DNA of 21,646 nucleotides from an uncultured Arcobacteraceae bacterium. GTDB taxonomy: Bacteria > Campylobacterota > Campylobacteria > Campylobacterales > Arcobacteraceae. The stretch lies in the NCBI GenBank assembly GCA_964022095.1, contig CAXHZO010000027.1, positions 1-21,646 of the forward strand, read 5' to 3'. The translations under genes and the position numbers were made by a program. Below, in pieces: positions 1 through 8,029 of this stretch (its first letter is position 1; each line of letters starts with the position of its first letter). The notes under the pieces are model-generated. The model made no database searches. It was not told the DNA's origin and saw nothing but the letters and a program-made list of their open reading frames with translations.

Positions 1-464
1 TAATTAGACCATTTAAATCAGAAACTGATAGATATGGTATGTATTCATTATCTGGAGAGTACGCATATGATAGACCATTTTTATGGGGATCAAAAAGAAC
101 TGGTCCAGATTTAATGAGAGTTGGAAATTATAGAACTACAGATTGGCATGAAAATCATATGATGGATCCTGCATCTGTTGTTCCAGGTTCAATTATGCCT
201 GCATATCCACATCAGTTCACAAACATGGCTGATATAGAAACTGCTTATGCAGAAGCTGTAACGGTTAAAAATGTATTTAACACTCCATATGACCAAGAAG
301 GTATGCCTAAACTTGGAACTTGGGAAGAAGCGAAAGCTTCAATGTTAGAAGAAGCAAAAGTAATTGCAGCTGATATGAAAAACCAAGCTGTTAAAGATGC
401 TGTTGCAAAAGGTCAGATTCCTGAAATAGTTGCATTAATTGCATATTTAAATTCTTTAAAATAG
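1..464 (+). CDS. ccoO: cbb3-type cytochrome c oxidase subunit II (CcoO/FixO), 5'-truncated by window edge
   Basis: Frame is open from the window start (IRPFKSETDRYG-MYSLSGEYAYDRPFLWGSKRTGPDL...PGSIMPAY), which are hallmark CcoO motifs. The ATG at 39 is internal. Followed by ccoQ and ccoP. Confidence 0.97.
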   Translation, partial: IRPFKSETDRYGMYSLSGEYAYDRPFLWGSKRTGPDLMRVGNYRTTDWHENHMMDPASVVPGSIMPAYPHQFTNMADIETAYAEAVTVKNVFNTPYDQEGMPKLGTWEEAKASMLEEAKVIAADMKNQAVKDAVAKGQIPEIVALIAYLNSLK

Positions 465-473
465 AGGCCATAA

Positions 474-698
474 ATGGATTATGAAACACTTTTAACAGTA
501 CAAGGTTACACTAAATTCTTTTTGATTTTAGTTGTATTTATTGTTTTTTATTCTTACGCATACACTATTTACAAAAGGCAAAAAAGTGGAGAGCGAGATT
601 ATGAAAAGTATTCTAACTTAGTACATGATGATTCAAGTGTTTCAGAACCTCTTGAAGAAAGAAAAAAAGATAGTGATATAGATAATAAGGAGAAATAA
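474..698 (+). CDS. ccoQ: cbb3-type cytochrome c oxidase subunit CcoQ
   Basis: 74 aa with a single TM helix followed by YKRQKSGERDYEKYSNL; lies between ccoO and ccoP; GAGG RBS. Confidence 0.92.
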   Translation: MDYETLLTVQGYTKFFLILVVFIVFYSYAYTIYKRQKSGERDYEKYSNLVHDDSSVSEPLEERKKDSDIDNKEK

Positions 699-699
699 G

Positions 700-1590
700 A
701 TGAAGTCTATGGTAGTAGGTGGAATAATTCTTATCATCGCATTATTAGCAGGAACTTGGTTTGCAGCAGGGGATGCTTTTAATAGCGATGATTATATTAG
801 TAGTTTAACTTTATTAGGTGCAGTTGCAATTATTACAATTGTTGTATTTGTTGCACTTAAATATGTTAACCAAATGAAAAATGATACAGCTAGTGGTGAA
901 TTAGCTGAAGAGAAATGGGATGGCATTGGTGAGTATAGAAACCCAATTCCAACAGGATGGGGATTGGCATTCATTGGTACAATTATTTGGATGTTTTGGT
1001 ACCTTACTATTGGTTACCCAATTAACGGTTTCTCTCAAATTGGACAATGGAATGAAGAAAACTTAGAATACAATGCAAAATTTGAGAAAAAATGGGAAAA
1101 CCCATCTCAAGAAACATTAGAAGCTATGGGGCAATCTACATTCTTAGTACAGTGTGCACCTTGTCATGGTGTTGATGCTGAAGGTATTAATGGTAAAGCT
1201 CATAACTTAAACAAAAGAATTTCAAAAGAGCAAGTTGTTTATGTAATTAAAAACGGTGCTAATAGTTTAAAAACTGCATATCCAGCTGGAATGCCTCCAA
1301 TGATGTTAACTGAAGAAAAAGACATTAATGAGGTAGCTGAATATGTTGCTAATGGTTTTAAAGGTGAACAACCAGCTTCTTATGGAGTTTGTGCAGGATG
1401 TCATGGTGCAGAAGGTAAAGGTATGCCTTATGTTGCTCCAAATATCAGAGAATATGATGATGCATTAGTATTAGCTGTATTAAAAGATGGTAAAAAAGGA
1501 AATATTGGTGCTATGCCAAGTTTTGCTGGAAGACTAAATGAAACACAAGAGAAAGCATTAGCTGCTTACTTAAGAAGTTTAGGAGAATAA
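700..1590 (+). CDS. ccoP: cbb3-type cytochrome c oxidase subunit III (CcoP/FixP), diheme
   Basis: WDGIGEYRNPIPTGW N-terminal motif, two CxxCH motifs (CAPCH, CAGCH), MP ligand motifs; AAGGAG RBS. Confidence 0.97.
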   Translation: MKSMVVGGIILIIALLAGTWFAAGDAFNSDDYISSLTLLGAVAIITIVVFVALKYVNQMKNDTASGELAEEKWDGIGEYRNPIPTGWGLAFIGTIIWMFWYLTIGYPINGFSQIGQWNEENLEYNAKFEKKWENPSQETLEAMGQSTFLVQCAPCHGVDAEGINGKAHNLNKRISKEQVVYVIKNGANSLKTAYPAGMPPMMLTEEKDINEVAEYVANGFKGEQPASYGVCAGCHGAEGKGMPYVAPNIREYDDALVLAVLKDGKKGNIGAMPSFAGRLNETQEKALAAYLRSLGE

Positions 1591-1592
1591 TC

Positions 1593-1835
1593 ATGGCTGG
1601 AAATACACAAATGAATGATAATGAAAGAGGTATTTTTAAGTTAAGTGGTATCACAGGAATGCTAATTGCAACTGCATTATTACTAACTATTTTAGCTGTA
1701 TTAACAGTTAATGGCATAAAAGTACAACAAAACGAAGCTACTAACTATTATAAAATTAACCAAGATTTAAATGGGTTAAAAATGAATAGTTCAGAAAATC
1801 ATAAACAATACCAACTTGTTGGTAGTGGCAAATAA
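1593..1835 (+). CDS. DUF4006-family small membrane protein (cco-operon associated)
   Basis: ERGIFKLSGITGMLIATALLLTILAVLT...VQQ pattern and position directly after ccoP, as in Campylobacter/Helicobacter cco loci; AGGAG RBS. Confidence 0.8.
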   Translation: MAGNTQMNDNERGIFKLSGITGMLIATALLLTILAVLTVNGIKVQQNEATNYYKINQDLNGLKMNSSENHKQYQLVGSGK

Positions 1836-1844
1836 GGATAAACT

Positions 1845-1937
1845 ATGGAAAGAATAATTGGAATTTTACTTCTAGTTAGTGCTCTAGTGACAATATACTA
1901 TGCTTTCTTTGATTCTGCTAAGGTATATGTAGGTTAA
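1845..1937 (+). CDS. 30-aa single-pass membrane microprotein, not in the ORF track (MERIIGILLLVSALVTIYYAFFDSAKVYVG)
   Basis: AAGGA RBS at 1834-1838, ATG at 1845, TAA at 1935-1937 abutting the next ATG at 1938. One hydrophobic helix; fills the operon gap exactly. Confidence 0.85.
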   Translation: MERIIGILLLVSALVTIYYAFFDSAKVYVG

Positions 1938-2567
1938 ATGAAAACTAATAATTTATTAAAAGTAGGAGTGATTTTTTCACTTCTATTTTTATTCTCACAA
2001 AATTTATTTGCTCAAAATTTTATCTTAAGTGATGATGGATTAATTGATGATAGAGCAAAAGAAAAAATCAATCAAATTGGTACTGAAAGTAAGTCTAAAT
2101 TAGGTGTTAATATATACATATATACTAAATCTAATTTAGGTTTAGATGAAAATATTTCAACAAAAGAGAAAATAGAATATATAAAAAACTATGAATCTCA
2201 AATAATTGAAACTTTGGAAAAGCCTTATGTGTTGTTAACTAGTGCCGTTGAAGAAACTCATGTAAATTTATTATATAGTGATGAATTAAAATCAATTATA
2301 GATAAAGATGATATACTAGATGGATATGTTGTTCCACTTTTAGCTTCAAAAGATAAAAACACTCTTTTTGCTAAAGTTAGTGCAGCAATGTTAAATGGAT
2401 ATTCTGCAATAGCAGATGCTGTTTCTGAAGATAAAAATATAAAATTAGAGTCAAATATAGGTAATCAAGGTAAAGTATCTAGCACAATTTGGAGAGTATT
2501 TATGTACTTTTTAATTGTTAGTGGTTTACTTGTATATACTTATGCTGTACTAAAAAAGAGAAAATAG
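1938..2567 (+). CDS. Exported, C-terminally anchored protein, TPM-domain-like (cco-operon accessory)
   Basis: Signal peptide, soluble domain resembling TPM/DUF477 (DDGLID...KINQIG...KLGVNIYI; GYSAIADAV), C-terminal TM helix plus basic tail. Confidence 0.65.
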   Translation: MKTNNLLKVGVIFSLLFLFSQNLFAQNFILSDDGLIDDRAKEKINQIGTESKSKLGVNIYIYTKSNLGLDENISTKEKIEYIKNYESQIIETLEKPYVLLTSAVEETHVNLLYSDELKSIIDKDDILDGYVVPLLASKDKNTLFAKVSAAMLNGYSAIADAVSEDKNIKLESNIGNQGKVSSTIWRVFMYFLIVSGLLVYTYAVLKKRK

Positions 2568-3125
2568 ATGAAAAGAAATTATTGGCCACTATTTTTTATT
2601 GGGATATTTTCATTTGTGTTTGGAATGATTATATGGACAATTGTTAGTGCTACAAGTGTACCAATTAGTGAAGATAAAAGTTTTTTAAAAACTTATCAAG
2701 AAGTTGATGATAATTACAATAAAATTATGAATTCAAATACGGATTTTATTTCTAAGTATGATTTGACTTTTTTATTAAATGGTAAAAAATTCGAGCTATC
2801 AACAAAAGATATTATGTATTCGCAAAGAGTTTTAGAAAAGTTTTCAAAAAATAAGAATATGTTAAATGTTGGTAAAAATGATTTAGAAATTTTTGTAATT
2901 GAAAAAGAAACAAATAAAAAAATAGCTACAAAAATAAATCTTGTAGTGACAAAAAGTTCATCAAATGATAATGATGTAGTATTAATAAATGACAATTTTG
3001 AAGTTCATAATGACAACTACATAACAAAATTTGATATATCAGAAGAAAACAACTGGAATATTACAGGAACGTTTGAAGTAAATGGCAATTTAGGTTATAT
3101 ATTTATAAAAACTAATGCAATTTAA
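2568..3125 (+). CDS. FixH/CcoH-like cbb3 oxidase assembly protein
   Basis: N-terminal YWPLFFIGIF TM anchor followed by D-x-SF-x-x-x-YQEVDDNYN, typical of epsilonproteobacterial FixH-family proteins; located in the cco operon. Confidence 0.7.
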   Translation: MKRNYWPLFFIGIFSFVFGMIIWTIVSATSVPISEDKSFLKTYQEVDDNYNKIMNSNTDFISKYDLTFLLNGKKFELSTKDIMYSQRVLEKFSKNKNMLNVGKNDLEIFVIEKETNKKIATKINLVVTKSSSNDNDVVLINDNFEVHNDNYITKFDISEENNWNITGTFEVNGNLGYIFIKTNAI

Positions 3126-5475
3126 AAAAAAGCTAATAGTATTTCCTACACATAGGTCCATTAGGACCTATCTTTCAAAACAAAAAGATACAAATAAACT
3201 ACTTCCCTTTTGTATTACTATTGATGAATTTCTAAAAAAAAGTATCACTTTAAATGGTAAAAAATATTGTGAAGAAGAACAAAGAGTTCTTTTTTTAAAT
3301 GAAGCTATCAAAAATACTAATATTATAAAGTTAGGTATTTCTTCAGAGTTTTCAAAATTTTTAAAACAAAGTGATTATATATATAGATTTTTTTTAGAAA
3401 TATCTAGTGAAAAAATAGATATAAATGAGATACAAAATGTAGATTCATATGAATTTTATGAAGAACATTTGAGTATTTTAAAAAATATAAAAACTAATTA
3501 TGAAAATATTTTAGAAAGAGAAAACTTTGTAGATAGAGTAAATTTAGATAAATTTTATACTATAAATAAAAAATTTATTTCTAAATTTGATGATATTGAA
3601 CTTGATTTCGAAGGATATTTTACAAAAGTAGAGTTTGAAATAGTTCAAGAAATTTCATTAATAAAAAAACTTCAAATCAATTTTCATAGCAATAATTATA
3701 ATAAAAAATCTATTTCTTTATTTAATGAAATATTTGATTATGAGTTTAAAGAAAACTATGATTATAAAATAGATCTAACAAATAAAGTAGTAATTGAAGA
3801 ATTAGAAGTTAGTTCAAAGTTACAAGATTGTGTTGTAAAAGGTTTCAGTTCAAGATTAAATCAAATAGCATTTATAAAACAAAGTGTAACAAAGGCAGTG
3901 GAATGTGGAATTGATCCATCTAATATCGCTGTAATATTGCCAGATGAAAATTTTGCCCAATCGATACAGTTGTTTGATAATGAAAAATATTTTAACTACG
4001 CAATGGGTAAAAGTATTAAAAACTACAAATTATATGAAGTGGCTTATGCAATTTATTCATATATCAGTGAAGATGAAATTAAGTATATTAAAAATTTAGA
4101 GTATTTGAAAATAGACAAAAATGCAATAGATGAAACTATTAAAAAAGTTTGGAAGTATAATTGTACAAAAGAAATTTTTGAAATAATTACAAATTATATT
4201 AAAAGTTTTGAATCTAATGAAGAGATTTTAGAAAAATATGATGAACTTCTTTACAAATTAAATATTTTAATCTTTTCAAGTCAAAATAAAATATTAGTTA
4301 AAGATGTTTATAAAATTTTTTTACAAAAAATCTCTACAATTACAATAGATGATGTTAATTCTGGAAAGATTACTGTTCTAGGGCTACTTGAAACAAGAGC
4401 TGTTGATTTTGAATGTGTAATTATTTGTGATTTTAATGAAGAGTTTATTCCAAAAAAATCTGTAAAAGATAAATTTTTATCAACAAATATAAAACAAAAA
4501 GTAGGTCTTCCTACTTCAAGTGATAGAGAGTCTTTACAAAAGTACTATTATAAAAGATTGATTAATAGTTCAAAAAAACTATTTGTATCATTTGTATTAA
4601 ATGATGTTAGTCAAATTTCAAGATTTGCAAATGAGCTTTTTGATAAAAAAGTTCAAACAAAAACAGAAGACAATAGCTATAAACATATACTTTATAATAA
4701 CCACTCAATAAGCTATTTTGATGAAAAGATAGAAGATAGTATTGATTTAAGTAAGTTTACGTGGTCAGCAAGCTCTTTGAAGACTTATTTACAGTGTAAA
4801 AGAAGGTTTTATTTAAATTATATCTTAAAAATCAAAGAACATGATATTTCTCTTTCTCCAAAACCTTATGAACTTGGTAATATTATTCATAATATTCTAG
4901 AAGAGTATTATAAAAGTGACTCTAGAGATTTTAAGAAAATTGAAGAATTATTCACAAAATATAAATCAACGAATGCTTTTTTAACTCTTGATTTAGAGAT
5001 TTGGAAGAAAAAAATTTATGAGTTTTATATTAAAGATACTCAAAGATTAAAAAATGCTCAAATAATTGGAATAGAAAAATCATTTAATTGCACTTTTGAA
5101 GGTATTAATATTAAAGGTACAGTTGACAGAGTTGATAAAGTTGATGATAGACTAGAAGTTTTAGATTATAAAACATCGAGTTCATTAAAAGTAGATACAA
5201 TTAAAACATACGAAAAAAGCACTGATTTTCAACTAGAATTCTATTATATAGCAATGAGTGAGATTTATAAAACTGATAAAATTGATTGTTTTTATTATGA
5301 CTTATCAAATAATACTATAAAAGAAGAAATAGCTTTAGATAAAAAGCTTGAACTTTTAGTTACAAAATTTGATGAAATAAAAGAGTTATCAAAAGATAAA
5401 ATATCTTTTGATAAATGTGAAGAGAAATCGACTTGTTTGTATTGCCCATATAAAATTATTTGTAATAGAGAATAA
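3115..5475 (+). CDS. addB: AddB-like DNA repair nuclease subunit (inactive helicase fold plus C-terminal PD-(D/E)XK nuclease with Fe-S staple)
   Basis: LIVFPT start, GLLETRAVDF degenerate helicase motif, SASSLKTYLQC...GTVDRVD...LDYKTS...FQLEFY...CLYCPYKIIC nuclease motifs. Same position after the cco operon as Campylobacter addB. Confidence 0.85.
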   Translation: MQFKKKLIVFPTHRSIRTYLSKQKDTNKLLPFCITIDEFLKKSITLNGKKYCEEEQRVLFLNEAIKNTNIIKLGISSEFSKFLKQSDYIYRFFLEISSEKIDINEIQNVDSYEFYEEHLSILKNIKTNYENILERENFVDRVNLDKFYTINKKFISKFDDIELDFEGYFTKVEFEIVQEISLIKKLQINFHSNNYNKKSISLFNEIFDYEFKENYDYKIDLTNKVVIEELEVSSKLQDCVVKGFSSRLNQIAFIKQSVTKAVECGIDPSNIAVILPDENFAQSIQLFDNEKYFNYAMGKSIKNYKLYEVAYAIYSYISEDEIKYIKNLEYLKIDKNAIDETIKKVWKYNCTKEIFEIITNYIKSFESNEEILEKYDELLYKLNILIFSSQNKILVKDVYKIFLQKISTITIDDVNSGKITVLGLLETRAVDFECVIICDFNEEFIPKKSVKDKFLSTNIKQKVGLPTSSDRESLQKYYYKRLINSSKKLFVSFVLNDVSQISRFANELFDKKVQTKTEDNSYKHILYNNHSISYFDEKIEDSIDLSKFTWSASSLKTYLQCKRRFYLNYILKIKEHDISLSPKPYELGNIIHNILEEYYKSDSRDFKKIEELFTKYKSTNAFLTLDLEIWKKKIYEFYIKDTQRLKNAQIIGIEKSFNCTFEGINIKGTVDRVDKVDDRLEVLDYKTSSSLKVDTIKTYEKSTDFQLEFYYIAMSEIYKTDKIDCFYYDLSNNTIKEEIALDKKLELLVTKFDEIKELSKDKISFDKCEEKSTCLYCPYKIICNRE

Positions 5476-5595
5476 ATTAAATAATATTAATCTTCATTAT
5501 TTATTAAGGAATAAAAAACTATAATCTCTGCTTAATTTGTATTTGCTGTATATAAAGTATACAAAGATATATATATTTAATAGAGAAACTTAGTA

Positions 5596-5601
5596 TATAA
5601 T
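5596..5601 (+). promoter_or_regulatory. Putative sigma70 -10 box (TATAAT) for porin 1; predicted TSS ~5607-5608
   Basis: Perfect TATAAT 84 nt upstream of the ATG at 5685. An adjacent TATACT at 5602-5607 is an alternative. Confidence 0.6.
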
Positions 5602-5606
5602 TATAC

Positions 5607-5646
5607 TGTTCTTCTAAAATTTCGAAATATATTGCGCGAATATATT
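5607..5646 (+). promoter_or_regulatory. Porin-1 5' leader element antisense to the porin-3 ribosome-binding region, followed by a hairpin with GCGCG loop
   Basis: 5607-5628 TGTTCTTCTAAAATTTCGAAAT vs 11325-11346 TGTTCTCCTAAAATTTCGAAAT (21/22 identical on the + strand, while the genes are on opposite strands). Hairpin AATATATT-GCGCG-AATATATT at 5626-5646. Confidence 0.65.
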
Positions 5647-5684
5647 AAGAATAAAAAATAAAATTAGTAATTTAAGGAATTAAA

Positions 5685-6746
5685 ATGAAAAAAATTAGCT
5701 TAGTAGCTTGTGGCTTATTATTATCTTCTTCTATGGCATTTGGTGCAGATTCAATTGATGATGCATTTAAATCAGGAACAGTATCTGGAGATATCACATT
5801 ATATGGACTTCAGACTGACAGAAAAGGTGGAAAGAAAGATGTAGGTTTCTCTGCTGCAACTACTGGTTTAGCATATGAAACTGCATCATACATGGGTTTA
5901 AATGCAAAAATGGGATTCAGAGCAGGTCACGTATTTGGTAATTCAGCAGATTTTGAAAATGATGCATTAATGACTGAAGCATATGTTAAATATGCAACTG
6001 ATGGAATTGCATTATCTGTTGGTAGACAAGAGATTGATTTAGAGTGGTTAGGTGATTACAATGAGTCTGTAGTTGCTGCAATTACTGCAATTCCAAATAC
6101 AACTATTGTTTTAGGATATGTTGATAGACAAGCTGCTGCTGATGAAGATGAAATTGGTACTTTCGGTGAAATCACTGAAGATGGTGCATATGTTGCAGAT
6201 ATTAAATATTCAGGAATTGAAGGTGTTGAATTAAACCCTTACTTTTACTCTGCTGTTGATGTAGCTGATTTTTATGGTTTAAAAGCTGGTTTCTCAACTG
6301 ATACATTTGGTGTAATTGCACAATATGCAGCTTCAAGTGAAGAGACAGGACCAGATGGTTCAATTGCTAACTTTGAAATTAGTACAGGTATTGCAGATCT
6401 TTCTCTAGCAGCTGGTTATATCACAACTGATTCAGAAGGTGGTGTTGGTTCAATTGCTGCATATGGTGATAATGTAACTCCATTTGATAATGGTGATGAT
6501 AACTATGAAACTGATGCTGATACAGTATATGGTTCTGCTGAGTACTCTATTGGAAATGCAACTGCTGGTGTATTATATGGTGAAACTGAATTTGGTTCTT
6601 CTGAATCAAGTGAGTTAAATCTTTACTCTTCTTATGCATTAACAGATTCTTTATCTTTAGGATTATTATATGTTAATTATGATTTAGAAGGTTCAGATTC
6701 TTCAGATTACCAAGATTTTGCAGCTACATTAGCTTACGAATTTTAA
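5685..6746 (+). CDS. Outer-membrane porin 1 (Opr/OprD-like family), strongly acidic
   Basis: Signal peptide, then ADSIDDAFKSGTVSG, VGRQEIDLEW motif, alternating beta-strand pattern, C-terminal YEF; AAGGA RBS at 5674-5678. Confidence 0.9.
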   Translation: MKKISLVACGLLLSSSMAFGADSIDDAFKSGTVSGDITLYGLQTDRKGGKKDVGFSAATTGLAYETASYMGLNAKMGFRAGHVFGNSADFENDALMTEAYVKYATDGIALSVGRQEIDLEWLGDYNESVVAAITAIPNTTIVLGYVDRQAAADEDEIGTFGEITEDGAYVADIKYSGIEGVELNPYFYSAVDVADFYGLKAGFSTDTFGVIAQYAASSEETGPDGSIANFEISTGIADLSLAAGYITTDSEGGVGSIAAYGDNVTPFDNGDDNYETDADTVYGSAEYSIGNATAGVLYGETEFGSSESSELNLYSSYALTDSLSLGLLYVNYDLEGSDSSDYQDFAATLAYEF

Positions 6747-6751
6747 TTATA

Positions 6752-6782
6752 AATAATTTAGGAGATCTTCTCCTAAATTATT
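6752..6782. terminator. Likely bidirectional intrinsic terminator between convergent porin 1 and prfB
   Basis: Perfect 14-bp inverted repeat AATAATTTAGGAGA-TCT-TCTCCTAAATTATT. Confidence 0.8.
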
Positions 6783-6800
6783 AAATAAAATATAAAACTT

Positions 6801-7898
6801 TTATTTAGTAGAAGTTGCTATTAACACATCTTCTATAACCTTTGTTATATCCCCATCTAAAATTGCATCTACATTTGAATACCCAATATTACTTCTAGTA
6901 TCTTTAATTTGTTGATATGGCTGTAATACATAAGATCTAATTTGATGCCCCCAACCAATTTCACTTTTTTCAATACCGTCTTTATCTGCTTGTTGTTTTT
7001 CAAGTTCTAGTTCATATAGTCTAGATTTAAGCATTTTCATTGCACTTGCTTTATTTTTGTGTTGAGATCTATCATTTTGACACTGTACAACTATTCCACT
7101 TTCTATATGTGTAATTCTAATTGCACTTTCTGTTTTATTTACATGTTGTCCCCCAGCACCACTAGCTCTGTATGTATCAATTCTAATATCTTTATCTTCT
7201 ATCTCAATATCAATATTATCATCAATTTCTGGACTTGCCATAACTGAAGCAAATGATGTGTGTCTTTTTGCATTTGAATCAAAAGGTGAAATTCTTACAA
7301 GTCTATGAATTCCATTTTCAGCTTTCATATATCCATAGGCATTTTCACCTTTAATCATAAATGATACATCTTTAATTCCTGCTTCTTCTCCTGGCTGATA
7401 ATCTAGTAGTTCTACTTTAAAATTATTTCTTTCTGCCCATCTTAAATACATTCTGTAAAGCATGCTTGCCCAGTCTTGAGATTCTGTACCACCTGCACCT
7501 GGATGAATAGAGATTATCGCATTTGAACTATCATCAGGATTACTAAGCATTACAGATATTTCAGTAGATTTGATTAAATCTTCAAGCTCGTTGGCTTCTT
7601 CATAAAGTAGTTCAAAAGTATCTTCATCTTTCTCTTCAGTTGCTAATTCATAAAGATCATTTGTTCCACTTAATGCTTCATTTGCTTTGTTGAATTTTGA
7701 GAGTTTTGATAAAATTCTATTTTTTTCAATTCCTATTTTTGTAGCATTTTCTACATCATTCCAAAAATCTTGGTCTGACTCTAACTCTTCAATCTCTTTT
7801 AGTCTAGTATTTAACCCCTCAGGTTTTAAAATACCTTCAATATTTTTTAATTTAGTATTTAATAGTTTAATTAATTCGCTATATTCGTATGCATCCAT
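6801..7898 (-). CDS. prfB: Peptide chain release factor 2
   Basis: GGQ motif ([13 protein letters not shown]), SPF anticodon-mimic tripeptide (RISPF), WGHQIRSYV. Single open frame. Confidence 0.98.
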   Translation of the reverse strand: MDAYEYSELIKLLNTKLKNIEGILKPEGLNTRLKEIEELESDQDFWNDVENATKIGIEKNRILSKLSKFNKANEALSGTNDLYELATEEKDEDTFELLYEEANELEDLIKSTEISVMLSNPDDSSNAIISIHPGAGGTESQDWASMLYRMYLRWAERNNFKVELLDYQPGEEAGIKDVSFMIKGENAYGYMKAENGIHRLVRISPFDSNAKRHTSFASVMASPEIDDNIDIEIEDKDIRIDTYRASGAGGQHVNKTESAIRITHIESGIVVQCQNDRSQHKNKASAMKMLKSRLYELELEKQQADKDGIEKSEIGWGHQIRSYVLQPYQQIKDTRSNIGYSNVDAILDGDITKVIEDVLIATSTK

Positions 7899-7971
7899 GT
7901 AAGTAAAATCCTTTTAAAAAAGTAATTATACTTTAAATTTGTATAAGAAGTGGTTAGTTTAAAATAAACAT

Positions 7972-8004
7972 AAAAAAAGGTCTAAAGAAAACTCTTTAGA
8001 CCTT
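7972..8004 (-). terminator. Intrinsic terminator of porin 2
   Basis: 12-bp stem AAGGTCTAAAGA-AAAC-TCTTTAGACCTT with an A-run at 7972-7978 (U-tract on the minus strand), 25 nt past the porin-2 stop. Confidence 0.88.
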
Positions 8005-8029
8005 AATAGTAGGAAAGTATGTCAAAAAA

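Noticed and set aside
792-2995. Minus-strand ORFs 792-974, 1511-1717 and 2714-2995
   Set aside because: Antisense shadows of well-supported cco-operon genes, with no recognisable motifs.
4750-5475. Cas4-like nuclease / CRISPR system
   Set aside because: The PD-(D/E)XK plus Cys Fe-S motif is the C-terminus of a 786-aa AddB-like protein. No cas genes or repeat-spacer array are visible in the window.
6801-7898. Programmed +1 frameshift in prfB
   Set aside because: The gene is a single open 365-aa frame with no internal CTT-TGA slippery stop. Frameshift-free prfB is normal for Campylobacter/Helicobacter relatives, so it is not notable.
7059-7902. Plus-strand ORFs 7059-7247 and 7687-7902
   Set aside because: Antisense to prfB, non-ATG starts, no family features.
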